Below are positions 1 to 7,847 of a stretch of DNA of 32,000 bases, piece by piece (within the stretch, counting starts at the first letter, position 1; every line of letters begins with the position of its first letter). Under the pieces are notes generated by a model. That model made no database searches and was not told the origin of the DNA. It was given only the letters and a program-made list of their open reading frames with translations. The DNA lies in the NCBI GenBank assembly GCA_027460535.1, contig JAPZAR010000008.1:30001-62000 (forward strand), given 5' to 3'. The position numbers and the translations under genes were made by a program. Source of the stretch: Candidatus Methanoperedens sp. (lineage in GTDB: Archaea; Halobacteriota; Methanosarcinia; Methanosarcinales; Methanoperedenaceae).

Positions 1-914
1 AACCCGCGCTTGCCGCATTGCCGATTGTTCTTATATGGAGCTATTTCCAGGGGATTAAGAAAAAACAGGTAATCAATGCGTTCGTATGCTTTCTTGTGGG
101 AATGGTACCACTTTTGGTTTGGCTTTCTTATTATTTCATAAATGGGAATACTGCTTTCGTTTCACATTTTATATACGGGGAGCTCGTATATAGAAGCGAG
201 CCATTCTCAGACCTTGGGAGGGTAGTTCTATTTACTGCAGCTGGAATAACGCCAATAATAATAGCTGCAACATACCAGATGTTCAAAGAGAGAGATGTAA
301 AGAACATACTTGCTATCTGGCTTTTGATATACGGGGCTTTTGTGCTGATAAGAACGCCGCCAAGCCATGAATACTACTCACTGCCGCTGATGGCGCCATT
401 GGCAATAATGGCGGCTGCCGGTATTGCTGGATTTTCCCATAAGCTGGATAAGAAATTCGCGTTGATACCGCTTGCAGTCGTAATTATTCTGGCAGTACCG
501 ATCACCTATGCCCTTTTTGTTTATAGTGGGGATCTTGGCTATACCGCCACAAAGGATGCCGGGGAATTTTTGAAGGTTTATATGGACAAACATCCAGATG
601 GTGATTATCTTGTATTGGTTCAAATGAAGTATAGCCCTCAGATAGCTTGGTATGCTGATTTGAGAGTTGATGGAAAGAGGCAGATATACAGCACAGGGGA
701 CGACTTGTCTGTCCCGTATCTGACAGGGGTATTGAATAATTTTGATCCTGCAAAGACGGTTCTTCTGGTATCCGACTTTGAAAAGAATACAGGGAAGGCT
801 TCGATTAATTACGATGTTTTGTATGAGTCAAGATACGAATCTGCTATAGCGAATCTTGATATCCTTTATAATTTAGGGACGTCATATGGATTGAAAATCG
901 TCAGGGTAAGATAG
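1..914 (+). CDS. Polytopic membrane protein, 3' part of a gene running off the left edge; possible GT-C fold (family 39/83, ArnT/PMT-like) glycosyltransferase
   Basis: The reading frame is open from nt 3 with no stop, so the TTG at 18 in the ORF track is not the true start. Several hydrophobic helices are followed by a soluble tail of about 130 aa. Stop TAG 912-914 is immediately backed by TGA 915-917. The family call rests on architecture only; the catalytic N-terminal loop is outside the window. Confidence 0.45.
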   Translation, partial: PALAALPIVLIWSYFQGIKKKQVINAFVCFLVGMVPLLVWLSYYFINGNTAFVSHFIYGELVYRSEPFSDLGRVVLFTAAGITPIIIAATYQMFKERDVKNILAIWLLIYGAFVLIRTPPSHEYYSLPLMAPLAIMAAAGIAGFSHKLDKKFALIPLAVVIILAVPITYALFVYSGDLGYTATKDAGEFLKVYMDKHPDGDYLVLVQMKYSPQIAWYADLRVDGKRQIYSTGDDLSVPYLTGVLNNFDPAKTVLLVSDFEKNTGKASINYDVLYESRYESAIANLDILYNLGTSYGLKIVRVR

Positions 915-1084
915 TGACAATGGCGGTCATTTCCCAGTTGAGGAGGAAAGAATTCCCAGCTGAACAATTTTTAATTTAATCCGTAACTCTGCATGTATTA
1001 CGTAATATCCAATAAAATAATGTTTCATGAGAGTTTAATAGCTCAACCGAAGTGTTTTGGGATCCCATATACATATTCAAACAC

Positions 1085-1140
1085 TGCAAAGGGCGCAAAG
1101 GACGAAAATAACGATTGTCATAACCTTTGCCTTCTTTGCG
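1085..1140. repeat. Imperfect inverted repeat built from four GCAAAGG-type heptamers (two per arm) around a 22-nt spacer
   Basis: Left arm TGCAAAGGGCGCAAAGG is at 1085-1101 and right arm CCTTTGCCTTCTTTGCG at 1124-1140. 13 of 17 positions are Watson-Crick complementary, plus 3 G-U if read as RNA. It lies between the upstream gene end and the transposase remnant. Confidence 0.5.
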
Positions 1141-1186
1141 TTCTCTGCGGTGAGTTATTTGGAAATTACAGCTAATATATATTTAA

Positions 1187-1599
1187 ATAATATACAATTG
1201 GATTGATGAGATATATCCAAAATCAGAAGTGATGTCCACGAAATTATCTGGATATTATTGCTATTATGAACAGTACTTATGGATCGATGGAAGGCGGTTC
1301 TATTGATTGATTCAATACTAGATAAACCGGTAGAAGAGTCGATCGTCAATGATCTTGAATATGATACTGTCAAATCGTTTATTGAAAAAGCAATAAATGG
1401 GAAACCAGTTCATGCTATTACTACGGATCATCGACTGGAATATAAAAGCATAATGGATGAACTTAAAATAAACCATCAACTGTGTATTTTCCATCTCTTA
1501 AAGTCGGTTTTCCTAAGACCCTTGGAATTATATCTCAGCATCTTGATTGACAAACCTTTTTTCATCGCGTCCCTCTCAAAGGTAAGATATATATTATAG
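1187..1599 (+). pseudogene. DDE transposase remnant, truncated at both ends and frameshifted near 1290
   Basis: Frame 2 (1187-1300) reads ...KLSGYYCYYEQYLWIDGRRFY*. Frame 1 (1279-1599) continues MDRWKAVLLIDSILDKPV...KPVHAITTDHRLEYKSIMDELKINHQLCIFHLLK. Spliced together they give the DExY..idG / ..llD / ..TD.. layout of a DDE catalytic core. There is no intact N-terminus, the C-terminus degenerates into low-complexity sequence, and the ORF overlaps the 3' end of the convergent gene. Confidence 0.6.
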
Positions 1600-2853
1600 T
1601 TTTAGTATGTATGGTTTCGGAAGTGGAACAATAAATTCTCCCCTAAATCCTTTCTCCCTGAGCTTGGGAGCAAGTTCGTCCGCGATATGCCATGAAAGCA
1701 ATAAAGCGTATTCAGGCTGGTCTTCAAAGAGCTTGGACTCTTCCACAACCGGTATCAGCGTGCCAGGGATGTATTTACCAATTTTATGGGAGCCTTTGAT
1801 CTCCACGACGTAATCCATTATGCCATCATCAATACCCACATAGTTTATTAGTGTACTTGCGCGGGAAGGTGCCCCGACACCATAAATATGTTTCCCTTGT
1901 TTCTTTATGCCAAGGAGCAATGAATGAAGTTCAAGCTTGGAAACAACAACTCTTTTTTTGAATTCCAGAAGGTTTTTCTTGTCAAGAACCGTCTTTTTCT
2001 CTTTCTCAAGAAGAGCGCCGACGGTTTTTTTTACTGTATACGCTCCTTTCCTTGCAGCGTATACTCTTATCGAGCCTCCATGCGTTGGGATTTGCTTTGC
2101 ATGGATGATTTCAAGCCCGTTCATTTCAAGTAAATATTTGAGGCTGTGCAGGGAATAATATCTCAAATGTTCGTGGTAAATCGTATCATACTGAAGCGTT
2201 TCAATAAGCGGCAGCAAATAATGGGACTCAGAGATAAAGACCCCGTCTTCCTTGAGCAATTCAAGGATGGACTCTACAACGCTGCCGACGTTGGCGATAT
2301 GCGCAAACACATTAGTTGCGGTGATGATTTTTGCTTGTCCATATTCGGATTTTACTTTGTCGGCGACCTCACTCGTAAAGTAATTTATGATCGTAGGAAT
2401 TCCGCGCTCTATTGCGATCTTTCCCATTTCCTCCGGGGTTATCCCTAAAACTTTATGATTGTCTTTAAAATTGCTGAGCAAATTGCCATCATTTGAGCCG
2501 ATATCAATAACCAAATCTTCCCTGTCTAAATCCACAATCGTCTTACATTCTTTATATAATTCTGCAAAGTTATCCCTCAGTATTTTTGTCGTGCTACTGG
2601 TATAAGGGTATGAAGAAGGAAACAGTATTTTCGGGTCAACTATCAGGCCAAGCTGCACAAGATGGCACATAGAGCAGTACAAAAGCTGGGCGGGATAGCT
2701 GGGCTGCTCATGTGGTCTCTCACCGATATTGTTCATGGCATTGACAGGAGGCAAATATCCTAAAAACAGGACAGTTTCAAGACCTGTATGCTCACAAATC
2801 TGGCATTTTTCAACGACTGTACTTGATATTTTTTGAACAGGATTATTTTTCAT
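1594..2853 (-). CDS. NDP-hexose C-methyltransferase (TylC3/EvaC type: N-terminal Zn-ribbon, class I SAM fold, C-methyltransferase C-terminal domain)
   Basis: 419 aa. Four-Cys pattern CQICEHTG...YCSMCHLVQLG, SAM motif I VIDIGSNDGNLL, then NVFAHI and YHEHLRYYS motifs typical of this family. TAA stop. Last gene of the minus-strand operon. Confidence 0.8.
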   Translation of the reverse strand: MKNNPVQKISSTVVEKCQICEHTGLETVLFLGYLPPVNAMNNIGERPHEQPSYPAQLLYCSMCHLVQLGLIVDPKILFPSSYPYTSSTTKILRDNFAELYKECKTIVDLDREDLVIDIGSNDGNLLSNFKDNHKVLGITPEEMGKIAIERGIPTIINYFTSEVADKVKSEYGQAKIITATNVFAHIANVGSVVESILELLKEDGVFISESHYLLPLIETLQYDTIYHEHLRYYSLHSLKYLLEMNGLEIIHAKQIPTHGGSIRVYAARKGAYTVKKTVGALLEKEKKTVLDKKNLLEFKKRVVVSKLELHSLLLGIKKQGKHIYGVGAPSRASTLINYVGIDDGIMDYVVEIKGSHKIGKYIPGTLIPVVEESKLFEDQPEYALLLSWHIADELAPKLREKGFRGEFIVPLPKPYILKL

Positions 2854-2869
2854 AACTTATCGCCTACTT

Positions 2870-3853
2870 TCATATATCTGGTTTTTTATGGATATTTTCA
2901 TCATACCATTTTGCGGTGATCTTTAGACCCTCCTTTAACGGAATTTTTGGTATGTATCCCAGGTTTTTCAGCTTTGTTATGTCTGGACATCTTCTCAATG
3001 TGCCGCCCTTTGCCAACTCCCCTGGAATAATAATAACTTCCTTTCCAAAATATTTACCTGTTTCAATGGCAACTTTTTCTACGGAAATCTCCTCCATCGT
3101 GCCTATATGGTATATTCCAAGGTGTTCACCTTTTTCTAATACAAGCATCAGTCCATCAATGAAATCATCGATAAAAACAAAAGCCCGAGTTTCTTTTCCC
3201 GTTCCCTGTATCGGGAATTTTATAAATTTTTCATTGTAGTCCCTGCAAAGTTGTTTCATTCGCATGACGAACTGCGGTATGACATGCTCCCACCCCATAT
3301 CCGGACCATACACATTATGCGGGCGGAATATTACAACCCGGTCAAAATACTTTCTTCCATAATTAATTGCCATGAGTTCGCTTATGATCTTCCCTCCGCC
3401 GTATGAATAGCGCGGATTAAGGGGATCCGGGATTGAAAGAGGGACTGCCTCATCTGTCGGAATCCTTGGAGGCGTCTGATATACCTCTGAGCTTGATGCA
3501 AGTATCAATTCCTTAACTCCTTGCCCGATGCAACCGTCTATAACATTAATGATCCCCTTTACGCCGACGTCAAGGACAAGTTCCGGTTTTTTGTAGAAAA
3601 ATTCCGTGCCGTTCACATAAGCCAGATGAATGACGCTATCCATGCCTTTGCATGCCTTCTGCACAGCATCGGCGTCTCTTATGTCTGCTCGGAACATTTC
3701 GATCTGATGAGCAACATCTTTGAGCCTTTCCGAGGCACCACGAGAATCGTTGTCAATTATGCTGACATTGTAGCCTTCTTTTACAAGACGCCTGACAAGC
3801 GAACTACCTATGAAACCTGTGCCGCCTGTCACAAGATATTTTTTGCCTTTCAT
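2870..3853 (-). CDS. Extended-SDR NAD-dependent nucleotide-sugar epimerase/dehydratase (exact reaction not assignable)
   Basis: 327 aa. TGGTGFIGS Rossmann motif at the N-terminus, SSSEVY, YSYGGGK (YxxxK). The start overlaps the stop of the upstream GT2 gene in an ATGA junction (3850-3853). Confidence 0.85.
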   Translation of the reverse strand: MKGKKYLVTGGTGFIGSSLVRRLVKEGYNVSIIDNDSRGASERLKDVAHQIEMFRADIRDADAVQKACKGMDSVIHLAYVNGTEFFYKKPELVLDVGVKGIINVIDGCIGQGVKELILASSSEVYQTPPRIPTDEAVPLSIPDPLNPRYSYGGGKIISELMAINYGRKYFDRVVIFRPHNVYGPDMGWEHVIPQFVMRMKQLCRDYNEKFIKFPIQGTGKETRAFVFIDDFIDGLMLVLEKGEHLGIYHIGTMEEISVEKVAIETGKYFGKEVIIIPGELAKGGTLRRCPDITKLKNLGYIPKIPLKEGLKITAKWYDENIHKKPDI

Positions 3854-4638
3854 TCTGGTCTTCCCTCAACAAAGTTTGATGGTATTCGTATTACTGGTTT
3901 CTGTCTTTTCTTTGAGTTGTGCAGATGTTTTGTACCCCACAAGAACCATCTAAGATATTCTTTAAACCATGGTCCTAATGAAAAAGTCGATTTTCCCCCA
4001 TAAAGGCGATCGATGGAAATAATCGGGACTTCCCCAAGTTTGAATCCTTCGATCTGCGCCTTGACTGCAAGCTCAAAGACTACAGCCCAGCCAACCGGTC
4101 TTGACTCTAAAGTTATTCTATCAAATATGGATTTCCGAAACATCTTGATGCCTGTTGTGGAATCTGTGAAAACCGAACCTGAAAGGATATTGAAAACTCT
4201 ATTTCCGAGGCTTGACAGGAAACTTCCAATAAAAGTGCCTCCTAGCCTCCTTCCACCATGTGCGTACCTCGTGCAACTTACCAGATCGCATCCTTCATCC
4301 ATAAGAGCGATCATATCATCTATTGCGATAACAGGCCCGACTTCATCGACTGCAAAAATGAGGATAAATTCCCCGTTCGAAGCCTTTATTCCGGCTTTGA
4401 TAGCATTAACCACCCCCCTGCCAAGATCGTTAAATACAAGGCGGACCTCCGGATAATTGGGTTGAAGCTTCCTGACAACAGGAATGCTGTCGTCTTCAGG
4501 AGAGTCATAAACGATTAAAATCTCATGCGGGATCTCGACCACAGCGCGCAGGATTTTTAGCATGATACCTATATTTACCCCTTCATTGCGGACTGGCATC
4601 AAAATAGATAATTTTGCTTTTGTTGTATCTTCTGTCAT
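3850..4638 (-). CDS. GT2 glycosyltransferase of the polyprenyl-phosphate-sugar synthase type (DPM1/ArnC/GtrB/AglD-like)
   Basis: 262 aa. LSILMPVRNEG start of the GT-A fold, an acidic YDSPEDDS/AVDE region, and an amphipathic C-terminal tail. The size and layout fit single-sugar transfer to a lipid phosphate rather than a processive GT2. Confidence 0.75.
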   Translation of the reverse strand: MTEDTTKAKLSILMPVRNEGVNIGIMLKILRAVVEIPHEILIVYDSPEDDSIPVVRKLQPNYPEVRLVFNDLGRGVVNAIKAGIKASNGEFILIFAVDEVGPVIAIDDMIALMDEGCDLVSCTRYAHGGRRLGGTFIGSFLSSLGNRVFNILSGSVFTDSTTGIKMFRKSIFDRITLESRPVGWAVVFELAVKAQIEGFKLGEVPIISIDRLYGGKSTFSLGPWFKEYLRWFLWGTKHLHNSKKRQKPVIRIPSNFVEGRPE

Positions 4639-4655
4639 TTTGATTAAAATTTTAA

Positions 4656-5762
4656 TTATAGATTATCTTTGCTTAAGAAATTCCGTATATGGTTGCAGAC
4701 GGTTTCAATGTCTTTATCAGAAAGCGTAAATGCGGAAGGTAGCCAAATAGCTTTTGGTGACAGTATAGTACTGTTTGGAAAACTATCATCCGGCAGCCAG
4801 TAGGGTTTTTGGGTATGTATCGGGAACCAGTATCTGCGGCATCCTATACCATTGGCGGCAAGATACTTGTCCAATTCGTTCCTGTGCTCCAGCAGGGCAT
4901 CGGTCCACTGGGGCGATTCACCTGTATCGATGTTAAAGTTAAACAATGATATCCCGTCTAGGTCTTTTAATTCTTCAACATAAAGACGATATGTTCTTTT
5001 CATTCGTTCTATCCTTGATTCCAGATAGGTAAGCTGGCCAAGACCTACAGCCGCCTGGAGATCTGTGAATTTGAAGTTATAACCAATCACATTGTGGAGG
5101 TCATCACCGCCAGTCCCCCTTGTGGGCCTTCCGTGGTCTTTTAACTCGCGTAAACGAATATGAAGATCATCGTCATCAGTGACAATTACGCCGCCCTGCC
5201 CTGTGGTTATGGTCTTATTGGGTGAAAACGAAAAGCAGCCCGCTTTTCCAAAGGTGCCCAGGTATTTTCCTTTGTGCCTGGACATTAATGCCTCAGCAGC
5301 ATCTTCCACAACCTCAATATCATTGCTCTTTGCGATCCCCATTATTGCTCCCATATTTGCTGCTCGACCGCTGACATGGACCGGAACAACAGCTTTAGTT
5401 TTCTCGGTTATCGCACCTTCGAAAGCTTCTGGGGACATATTCATATTCCTGGGATCAACATCCACCAGGACCGGTTTGGCGCCGCACATCTGTACGGCAT
5501 TGGCGGTTGCGATGAATGTTATATCAGGGACGATTACTTCATCACCATGCTTGATGCCGACAGACTTCAAAGTAAGAAAAATTGCAGCCGTCCCACTTGT
5601 AACGGCAACCGCATGTTTACACCGCAGCAACTCGCATAATTTTTGTTCAAATAATGTTGTCAATCCCCCTTCGTTGGGAAAATTACTATCGAAAACTTTT
5701 TTGAGAAATTTCTGTTCCTCTCCTCCAAGTTGAGGCTGCCACCAAGGGATTTTATAATTCAT
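4656..5762 (-). CDS. DegT/DnrJ/EryC1/StrS-family PLP-dependent nucleotide-sugar aminotransferase
   Basis: 368 aa. N-terminal IPWWQP..G.EE, and FSFSPNKTITTGQGG containing the PLP lysine. The overall length is typical of the family. Confidence 0.88.
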   Translation of the reverse strand: MNYKIPWWQPQLGGEEQKFLKKVFDSNFPNEGGLTTLFEQKLCELLRCKHAVAVTSGTAAIFLTLKSVGIKHGDEVIVPDITFIATANAVQMCGAKPVLVDVDPRNMNMSPEAFEGAITEKTKAVVPVHVSGRAANMGAIMGIAKSNDIEVVEDAAEALMSRHKGKYLGTFGKAGCFSFSPNKTITTGQGGVIVTDDDDLHIRLRELKDHGRPTRGTGGDDLHNVIGYNFKFTDLQAAVGLGQLTYLESRIERMKRTYRLYVEELKDLDGISLFNFNIDTGESPQWTDALLEHRNELDKYLAANGIGCRRYWFPIHTQKPYWLPDDSFPNSTILSPKAIWLPSAFTLSDKDIETVCNHIRNFLSKDNL

Positions 5763-5786
5763 ACTATGTTCAAATCATTTCTTTGT

Positions 5787-6590
5787 TTAAGGCTCTCTTC
5801 TAAGTACAAATGCCTGAATCGGACCCAATACGCGGCATCCATCTATGCGGACACGATCATGGAACTTCTCATAAATAATACTTGCAGCTTTATCGGAGCT
5901 CTCAAATATAGGATTCTTAATTGCATTCTTGCCGTAACCTGAGAAAGATGCAAACATCTGTACATAGACACGTGTAAGAAAGTAGTAAAGTCCAAAATCA
6001 TGAACTTTTAAAAGCTGGAACCTTCCCTCAAGAAACGCCATTAGCAATTCATAATCGAAGAATCGGTTATGCCAGTGCTGTGGGATTGGGTCAAGCCCGA
6101 CCTCAACGCGCATTTCATTGAGAGCAAGAAAAGCATCATTTGTATTTTCAATCATTATATACAATCCCCCAACTTTTAAAGTCTCATAAATATTAAGAAT
6201 GGCTTTTTTTTGCTCCTCCCATGAAGCCAGATTAATTAATGCACGCTGTGTAACAATAACATCAAACTTTTTTGGCAGGTTTGACATTTCAAGAACATCA
6301 GCTCTTTCAATAGATATATTCTTGATTCCTGATTTTTTTACATTCTCCATAGCTTTCTGCCTCAAATAATCCGAACGCTCAAAACCTATACATTTATTCA
6401 CTTTTTTGGCATATTCAATGGTCGCATCTCCATCACCACATCCAATATCAGCCAGAAAGTCAGTAGAACGCAAGTATCTGCATACTGTATCAACTTCTAT
6501 TTTATGTAAATTTTTATCGATAATTGACACAGTATTGTGATCTTCCCAATATTCTTTTACAGCCTCATTAAAATCATGTTCTGAATTCAT
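5787..6590 (-). CDS. Class I SAM-dependent methyltransferase
   Basis: 267 aa. Motif I LADIGCGDGDAT, and a post-I acidic residue in the GFERSD region. ATGA overlap with the upstream dehydrogenase (6587-6590). Confidence 0.85.
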   Translation of the reverse strand: MNSEHDFNEAVKEYWEDHNTVSIIDKNLHKIEVDTVCRYLRSTDFLADIGCGDGDATIEYAKKVNKCIGFERSDYLRQKAMENVKKSGIKNISIERADVLEMSNLPKKFDVIVTQRALINLASWEEQKKAILNIYETLKVGGLYIMIENTNDAFLALNEMRVEVGLDPIPQHWHNRFFDYELLMAFLEGRFQLLKVHDFGLYYFLTRVYVQMFASFSGYGKNAIKNPIFESSDKAASIIYEKFHDRVRIDGCRVLGPIQAFVLRREP

Positions 6591-7789
6591 TTATCCTCTT
6601 TTTTAAGAATACCCCACAGATCTATAATTTCCTTATTTGGTGGGAATTTAAGTTGTTTATATGCCGAGTGGGGTACCCCTATAATCAAAACCTTACTTAA
6701 ATTTATTGCCTCTTCTTTTGAAACGAAAGTCGGGTCTTTTGCATATTCATCGGAATAGTAAACCCTAGCGCCGTAAAACCGCAAGATTTTACCCAATTTG
6801 TATGAAAGCGAATCCCTGATATCATCTATATCATTTTTATAAGCCATACCAAGAATGCCAACAGCTGTTTTGCTTAAATCGTATCTCCTACTCAAGTCTT
6901 CCACAATAAAATTAGGTAAACCTTCGTTTATCATCATCGCGGCATGACCCAAAAGAAAATTATTGGTGTTAAAAGCCGACAATTGCATTGTATCTTTAAG
7001 AAGGCATGGGCCTGCGGCAAATCCTGCTGTCGGCAGAGTCGCTGCCCTTCCGTATCCTTCCATCATGGCTTGGCGTACTCTGTTATAATCCACCCCGAAA
7101 TTATGTGCGATCATGTAGAACTGGTTTGTCACTGCAAATTGAATATACCTCCATGCATTCGAGAAAAGCTTGACTAGTTCCGCTTCTTCGATTGAAGTCC
7201 GGATTATTTTCGGGGAAAGGACACTGAACAATTCAGCGGCATCTTCAATTGCTTTCTCACTTAAGCCGGCAATGATCTGTGGCAGTTCTTTTAATTCCTT
7301 GATTGCATAACCCTGAACAATACGTTCAGGACAATAGGCTATATTCCAGCCATCGCCACCCAGTAAGTTTAGAACTTGCTGACAGGTGCGCGGATATACC
7401 GTGCTTCTTATAATAATCAATTGGTCCTTATGAAGATTTTCTTTGAGCCTGGCAAAGAACTCAAGGAAAATACGTGTTTTTGGGTTCAGATATTCATCCA
7501 CGGGTGTACCTATCGCAATGATAACATTTCGCGCTTTCGAAATACTGTTAATATCGAGTGAAATCTCAAGATTTCCTTTCTTGAGAACTTTTTTTAGGAT
7601 AGGCTCAGCGCCATATTCGATAAAAGGCATTGTACCCTGCCTGACAACATCAGCTTTTTTCTGATCAAGGTCGTAAAGGCACACTTTCAAACCTTTATCT
7701 GCAAAAGCCAACCCTAGAGGCAGACCTACATGACCCAGGCCGCCGACAATGATCACATCAAAGGAACTACCATCAGTGTTATTTGTCAT
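6587..7789 (-). CDS. Nucleotide-sugar 6-dehydrogenase (UDP-glucose/GDP-mannose dehydrogenase family)
   Basis: 400 aa. Rossmann motif IIVGGLGHVGLPLG, catalytic-cysteine motif AAGPCLLKD, and C-terminal GMAYKNDIDDIRDS. Confidence 0.88.
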   Translation of the reverse strand: MTNNTDGSSFDVIIVGGLGHVGLPLGLAFADKGLKVCLYDLDQKKADVVRQGTMPFIEYGAEPILKKVLKKGNLEISLDINSISKARNVIIAIGTPVDEYLNPKTRIFLEFFARLKENLHKDQLIIIRSTVYPRTCQQVLNLLGGDGWNIAYCPERIVQGYAIKELKELPQIIAGLSEKAIEDAAELFSVLSPKIIRTSIEEAELVKLFSNAWRYIQFAVTNQFYMIAHNFGVDYNRVRQAMMEGYGRAATLPTAGFAAGPCLLKDTMQLSAFNTNNFLLGHAAMMINEGLPNFIVEDLSRRYDLSKTAVGILGMAYKNDIDDIRDSLSYKLGKILRFYGARVYYSDEYAKDPTFVSKEEAINLSKVLIIGVPHSAYKQLKFPPNKEIIDLWGILKKEDK

Positions 7790-7847
7790 ATCATTCTCAA
7801 TTAGATTTGATTATTATAATCTTTATGTTCAACCATGTTGCCCTTAA

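Noticed and set aside
378-753. Antisense ORFs of 81 and 83 aa inside the first membrane-protein gene. The same class of shadow ORF occurs opposite nearly every gene, e.g. 2916-3239, 4013-4456, 5179-5733, 16228-16680, 17995-18330, 22633-23280, 26651-27034 and 28187-28720.
   Set aside because: Each lies opposite a long ORF with clear family motifs. Their translations are low-complexity (Ser/Pro/Ile-rich) with no recognisable domains or ribosome-binding sites. They are best explained as frame shadows of the real genes.
931-963. Direct repeat TTCCCAGTTGA / TTCCCAGCTGA (931-941 and 953-963) just after the first gene's stop.
   Set aside because: It is short, imperfect and occurs once. It could be part of a terminator or the IS scar, but there is not enough signal to call a feature.
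993-1175. 60-aa plus-strand ORF in the gap between the first gene and the transposase relic.
   Set aside because: It has no ribosome-binding site and no recognisable motif, and it spans the heptamer palindrome. The region looks like non-coding IS-flank debris.
6204-6211. Homopolymeric A/T runs of about 8 nt inside coding regions, considered as slipped-strand phase-variation switches. Examples are T8 near 6204, T8 near 2025, A8 near 10005 and 10524, and A8 near 29699.
   Set aside because: Runs of this length are expected by chance in such AT-rich coding sequence. None sits near a 5' end in a way typical of contingency loci, and no G/C tracts are present.
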